A DNA stretch of 64,000 bases from a virus (lineage: Duplodnaviria; Heunggongvirae; Uroviricota; Caudoviricetes), in IMG/VR virus record IMGVR_UViG_3300032318_002198; one strand, 5' to 3'. Made by a program: the position numbers and the translations under genes. Positions 60,002 through 64,000 of the stretch are shown piece after piece (positions within the stretch are counted from its first letter, which is position 1; the number at the start of each line of letters is the position of its first letter). The notes below the pieces were generated by a model, which searched no databases, was not told the origin of the DNA, and saw nothing but the letters and a program-made list of their open reading frames with translations.

Positions 60002-60850
60002 ATGCAAATGATCAATGTATTAAAACGTCTACAAGAATTAGATGAAAAAAATCCACAAGTTGTTAAAGAATCTCAACTCACCGTTGAAGAGTGTGGCATG
60101 TTAGGGATGGGTGGTATGAATCAACCACATACACCTGCAAGCATCAATATGACTGCGAACAGTGGTCCGGAATTAACAGGAATGTTGAAAGACATAATGA
60201 GTCTTGCAGGATTAAAACCTGTTGGTGATAATGACCTCGGTAATGAACCTCCTCCTGCTATTGTGAGCACAGAGCCTGGAATGAGCGTAGCAAATGTCGA
60301 TGGTGATCAATCAGTTGGCGATGATGGTATGGCAGGTAACGATACTGGTGAAGAGCCGTTTGATATGAAAAATTTGGTTGCTAAAATCGATACTTTAAAT
60401 GAACCTGCCGACGACCAAGAAGAAAAAATCAAAGAGTGGGATAACGAACCTACAGACGACGTTGACGGTCAATTAGATAACGATGCTATGTTAAATACCG
60501 GCATGCATAATCAAGATCCTGCCGGAAACCCAGGAGTTGGTGACAGAATGGACGGTGATCGCCCAAGAGCATTTACAAAAGATGCAGCATATGAATCACT
60601 AATGGCAGAATATCAAAAATTTATTAATGAAGATAAGGAAGAAGATTCTCCGTTTGCAGATTTATACAACGAGAATGACGTAGACGACGGCGAAAAAGCT
60701 CATGCAAAAATTCATACTCCGGCAGTAACAAGAAAAGCGCAAGGTGGAGACTGGAAAGTTACTAAGAAAGATTTAGAAACAGAACCAGCAAGAACTGGAA
60801 CAAGTCCTGAAGGTTTAGATGCAATTAAAAAATTAGCAGGCCTAAAATAA
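60002..60850 (+). CDS. Acidic protein with LAGLK motifs, probable prohead core component
   Basis: IMSLAGLK internally and IKKLAGLK at C-terminus, like the scaffold C-terminus. Confidence 0.6.
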   Translation: MQMINVLKRLQELDEKNPQVVKESQLTVEECGMLGMGGMNQPHTPASINMTANSGPELTGMLKDIMSLAGLKPVGDNDLGNEPPPAIVSTEPGMSVANVDGDQSVGDDGMAGNDTGEEPFDMKNLVAKIDTLNEPADDQEEKIKEWDNEPTDDVDGQLDNDAMLNTGMHNQDPAGNPGVGDRMDGDRPRAFTKDAAYESLMAEYQKFINEDKEEDSPFADLYNENDVDDGEKAHAKIHTPAVTRKAQGGDWKVTKKDLETEPARTGTSPEGLDAIKKLAGLK

Positions 60851-60866
60851 TCAACGCATGCAAATC

Positions 60867-60895
60867 AAAATAGCCACCGCAGTGGCTATTTTTTT
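60867..60895 (+). terminator. Intrinsic terminator
   Basis: AAAATAGCCAC-CGCA-GTGGCTATTTTTTT. Confidence 0.85.
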
Positions 60896-60909
60896 CATTA
60901 AATACATAT

Positions 60910-61551
60910 ATGGGCAGCAAAAATCTTGACGGAAAAATTGTAAAACAGGCACACGCCACACAACGTTTTACAGAAGAAGATTTAGAAAATCTAACTAAAT
61001 GCATGGATCCAATTAATGGTCCACATTTCTTTCTTGAAAACTTTTTCTATATACAACATCCTGTTAAAGGAAGGATGAAGTATCAGCCGTTTGAATATCA
61101 ACGCAGGCTAATAGATAGTTATCATCAACATAGATTTAATGTAAATCTGTTAGGACGTCAGTTAGGAAAAACCACAACAGCATCTGGCTATCTATTATGG
61201 TATGCAATGTTTATACCGGATAGTACAATTCTTATAGCAGCACACAAATATACCGGTGCTAAGGAAATTATGCAACGTATTCGTTATGCATACGAAATGT
61301 GTCCTGATAATATTAGAGCAGGTTGTACAAGTTATAATAAAGAAAGTATAGAATTTGAAAACGGTAGTCGTATAGTTGCACAAACAACAACTGAAACAAC
61401 CGGACGGGGTATGTCCTTGTCACTATTATATTGTTTAGACGGAGAAACGTCATTCGTTAAGGTAAGAAATAAAAAAACCCTAATTGAAGAAGAAATTTCT
61501 CTCACCGAATTATATACAAGACTGTATAATCCTGTTAAAATTATCGAGTGA
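60910..61551 (+). CDS. terL: Terminase large subunit N-fragment (174 aa) fused to split N-intein (39 aa, 61432-61548)
   Basis: PFEYQ, GRQLGKTT Walker A, GRGMSLSLLY then CLDGETSFV intein block A. Confidence 0.92.
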   Translation: MGSKNLDGKIVKQAHATQRFTEEDLENLTKCMDPINGPHFFLENFFYIQHPVKGRMKYQPFEYQRRLIDSYHQHRFNVNLLGRQLGKTTTASGYLLWYAMFIPDSTILIAAHKYTGAKEIMQRIRYAYEMCPDNIRAGCTSYNKESIEFENGSRIVAQTTTETTGRGMSLSLLYCLDGETSFVKVRNKKTLIEEEISLTELYTRLYNPVKIIE

Positions 61552-61578
61552 CGAATTTGCTTTCGTATAAATAGCCGC

Positions 61579-62469
61579 ATGAATACTAAATTAACTCAAT
61601 TCATTAAAAGAAATCAGGTGCGAAATGCACACTTATATCAACCTGGATTAACACCGGGGTATGATTATGTGGTTTGCCCGGTCAGTAATCAAAGAATGAG
61701 CATGATAAAATCTTCTTATATAGAAAAGGTGTTAGGGCTAAGAGTAGATCAATATGATCAATTATATCCTGGTGCTAAGTCTGTATGCTCTAAAAGAAGC
61801 GAAAATATTAAAACTGGATTAAAACAAATTGATCCAAATACAGGTCTAACAAAATATCAAATTTCTCAAAAAAAAGCCAAACAACTTTTATCAACTCCGG
61901 ATCAAAATGGGATAACTGGTTATCAAAAGAAAGGTCAAAAGACTCGAAATACACATATGAGTAAAATTGATCAATTTGGTAGAAATGGATATTCTCAACT
62001 AGCATCCAGGGCAATTATCAAAGGAAATAATACAAAAGCCATTAAAGGAATAATTTCCTTAAATAAGGATGTATTTAAAAGATATAAAACAATTGTTTTA
62101 TATTTAACGGAAAAACACAGAAAAAAAATAACTGTTGGGTATGTTACGGGGTTAGCAGGAAAGGAAAATGCATGGCATATTGATCATAAATTTTCAATTC
62201 TAAAAGGTTATCAACAAAAAGTTAGTCCTTTTATAATTGGACATTTGTATAATTTAGAAATGGTGCCATGGAAAGAAAACATATCAAAACATTCAAAATG
62301 TAGCATAGATTTAAAAGAATTATTATTAAAATGTGATTACAATTTAAATCAATCAAATATTGAATTCAATAAAATTATTCAGTTAATCAACGAAGATATT
62401 AAAAATAGTATTCCGCCAAATGCTGCTTATTTAATAGAAAGATACAATGGAACAAATTTATTGCCCTAA
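61579..62469 (+). mobile_element. Free-standing HNH-type endonuclease between the split terL halves
   Basis: WHIDHKFS...HLYNLEMVPWKENISKH; own TATAAATA at 61566-61573. Confidence 0.78.
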
Positions 62470-63847
62470 CACCGATTACGAAATTTTGACACCAAATGGG
62501 TGGGAAGATTTTGAAGGAATATTTTTAAATAAAAACGCAAATAAAAAATCTAAAAAAATATTGTTTTCAAACAATACATTTATTACGGCAACAAACGAAC
62601 ACAAATTTTTTAAAGATAAAAAAGAAAGTATGGTAGACACATTAAATATCGGAGATTTTTTAGATTCAGAAGACGGGCCTTTAGAAATTACTGATATTAT
62701 TGAAACAACTCTTGAAGATACCTATGAAATTTTTAATGCAACTAACCATGTAATATTTGTAAATAAGATTAATTCGCACCAGTGCGATGAATTTGCGTTC
62801 GTAGCACCAAATATTGCATCCGAATTCTGGACTTCAATATCGCCCACTTTGGCAACAGGTGGTAAAGCAATTATAACCAGCACTCCGAATAGCGACGAAG
62901 ATCAATTTGCACAAATCTGGAAAGAAGCTAATAAGAGATTTGATGAGCATGGAAATACTACTGAAGTTGGACAAAATGGATTCTTTCCGTTCAGTGCTAA
63001 ATGGAATGAACATCCCGACCGCGACGAAGCTTGGGCCAATACAGAACGTAGTCGTATCGGCGACGAAAGATTTCGCCGAGAACATGATATTGAATTCTTA
63101 GTTTTTGATGAAACTTTAATTAGTTCAATAAAATTGGCCGAATTGAAAGGTCAAGAACCTATTATGAAAATGGGTCAATGCCGTTGGTATAAAAAAATTA
63201 ATCCAAAAAATACCTATATTATTGCTTTGGATCCAAGTTTAGGTACCGGAGGTGACCCAGCAGCAATACAGGTTATAGAATTACCTACTTTCGATCAAGT
63301 TGCAGAATGGACTCACAATCTAACACCTGTTCAAGGGCAAGTTAGAATTTTAAGAGACATTTGCAATTATATTAAAGACGAAGCTGCGAGAAAGAAATCT
63401 GACGTTTCTCTCTACTATAGTATCGAAAACAATACGGTTGGCGAAGCAGCATTAGTTGCAATGAGCGAAATAGGCGAGGAAAGCGTACATGGTTTATTTT
63501 TAAGTGAACCAATTAAAAAAGGACATGCCAGACGTTTTAGAAAAGGATTCAATACAACTCATTCTAGCAAAATTGCTATATGCGCAAAATTAAAACATTT
63601 AATTGAATCAGATAGAATGAAATTAAATTCTAAACAATTAATAAGTGAACTTAAAACATATGTTGCAAAAGGAATAAGTTTTGCAGGTAAGGGTGACATG
63701 AACGATGATTTAGTTAGTGCTATTCTATTAGCCCTGAGAATGATCATGATATTACAAGAATGGGATCCAGCAGTTTATGATAAACTTAGAGAAGAAATGC
63801 AGGACGAATGGATCATGCCTATGCCGATTTATATTAACAGCTTCTAA
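62447..63847 (+). CDS. terL: Split C-intein (112 aa, 62447-62782) fused to terminase large subunit C-fragment (354 aa)
   Basis: ILTPNGW, block B TNEHKF, block F DTYEI, block G NSHQ|C; then DEFAFV Walker B, ITSTPN, LDPSLGTGGD, DDLV. Confidence 0.92.
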   Translation: MEQIYCPNTDYEILTPNGWEDFEGIFLNKNANKKSKKILFSNNTFITATNEHKFFKDKKESMVDTLNIGDFLDSEDGPLEITDIIETTLEDTYEIFNATNHVIFVNKINSHQCDEFAFVAPNIASEFWTSISPTLATGGKAIITSTPNSDEDQFAQIWKEANKRFDEHGNTTEVGQNGFFPFSAKWNEHPDRDEAWANTERSRIGDERFRREHDIEFLVFDETLISSIKLAELKGQEPIMKMGQCRWYKKINPKNTYIIALDPSLGTGGDPAAIQVIELPTFDQVAEWTHNLTPVQGQVRILRDICNYIKDEAARKKSDVSLYYSIENNTVGEAALVAMSEIGEESVHGLFLSEPIKKGHARRFRKGFNTTHSSKIAICAKLKHLIESDRMKLNSKQLISELKTYVAKGISFAGKGDMNDDLVSAILLALRMIMILQEWDPAVYDKLREEMQDEWIMPMPIYINSF

Positions 63848-63875
63848 ATATCTTATATAAAAGGCTAAATACAGG

Positions 63876-64000
63876 ATGAAACCAATACAAATAATTTCTC
63901 AAGATCTGTTTGATAAAATTCGTAGTCGTTTTAATAATTTAGAAATGGGCGGCGAAGACGGCAATGTGACTATTGATCCAGCCGATGCAAGATTTTATGA
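63876..64000 (+). CDS. Hypothetical protein, partial (runs off window end)
   Basis: TAAATA 63866-63871, ATG 63876, MKPIQIISQDLFDKIRSRF... open to the edge. Confidence 0.6.
   Translation, partial: MKPIQIISQDLFDKIRSRFNNLEMGGEDGNVTIDPADARFY

Noticed and set aside
61432-62782. terL as a pseudogene or assembly frameshift
   Set aside because: Both halves carry complementary intein blocks with intact catalytic residues and precise junctions that restore Walker B
1-64000. Stop-codon reassignment, as in some large phages
   Set aside because: Core genes are full length in the standard code and TAA, TGA and TAG all terminate genes; the only in-frame stop anomaly is the single TAA at 47866-47864

Overview
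A 64 kb, AT-rich segment of a large T4-like (myovirus, probably jumbo) bacteriophage genome in the standard genetic code, covering most of the virion morphogenesis region. It holds baseplate genes, a gp55 late sigma factor, gp47/gp46, a tape measure, portal-protease-scaffold-major capsid genes, several large fibre proteins, a ~10 kb glycosyl/sulfo-modification cluster, neck, sheath, tube and terminase genes. Most notable: (1) a ~390 nt, multi-stem, apparently pseudoknotted non-coding element directly behind a GIY-YIG nuclease gene (6.6-7.0 kb), a candidate unrecognised large ncRNA or nuclease-RNA system; (2) a terminase fractured by a free-standing HNH gene and rejoined by an atypically split intein ending in Gln; (3) further homing-endonuclease insertions that each appear to leave the host gene functional in a different way (duplicated, synonymously recoded 3' end of the prohead protease; a captured start codon leaving the gp15-like gene without its ATG behind a stop-in-hairpin; a duplicated terminator); (4) a T TTT TTC -1 frameshift site joining two tail-chaperone-like ORFs; (5) many TAAATA late promoters only 3-7 nt before an ATG, implying leaderless mRNAs; (6) a candidate PAPS-synthase/sulfotransferase/glycosyltransferase system next to a Cys-rich collagen fibre. 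All protein calls rest on motif recognition and gene order by eye; no searches were run.
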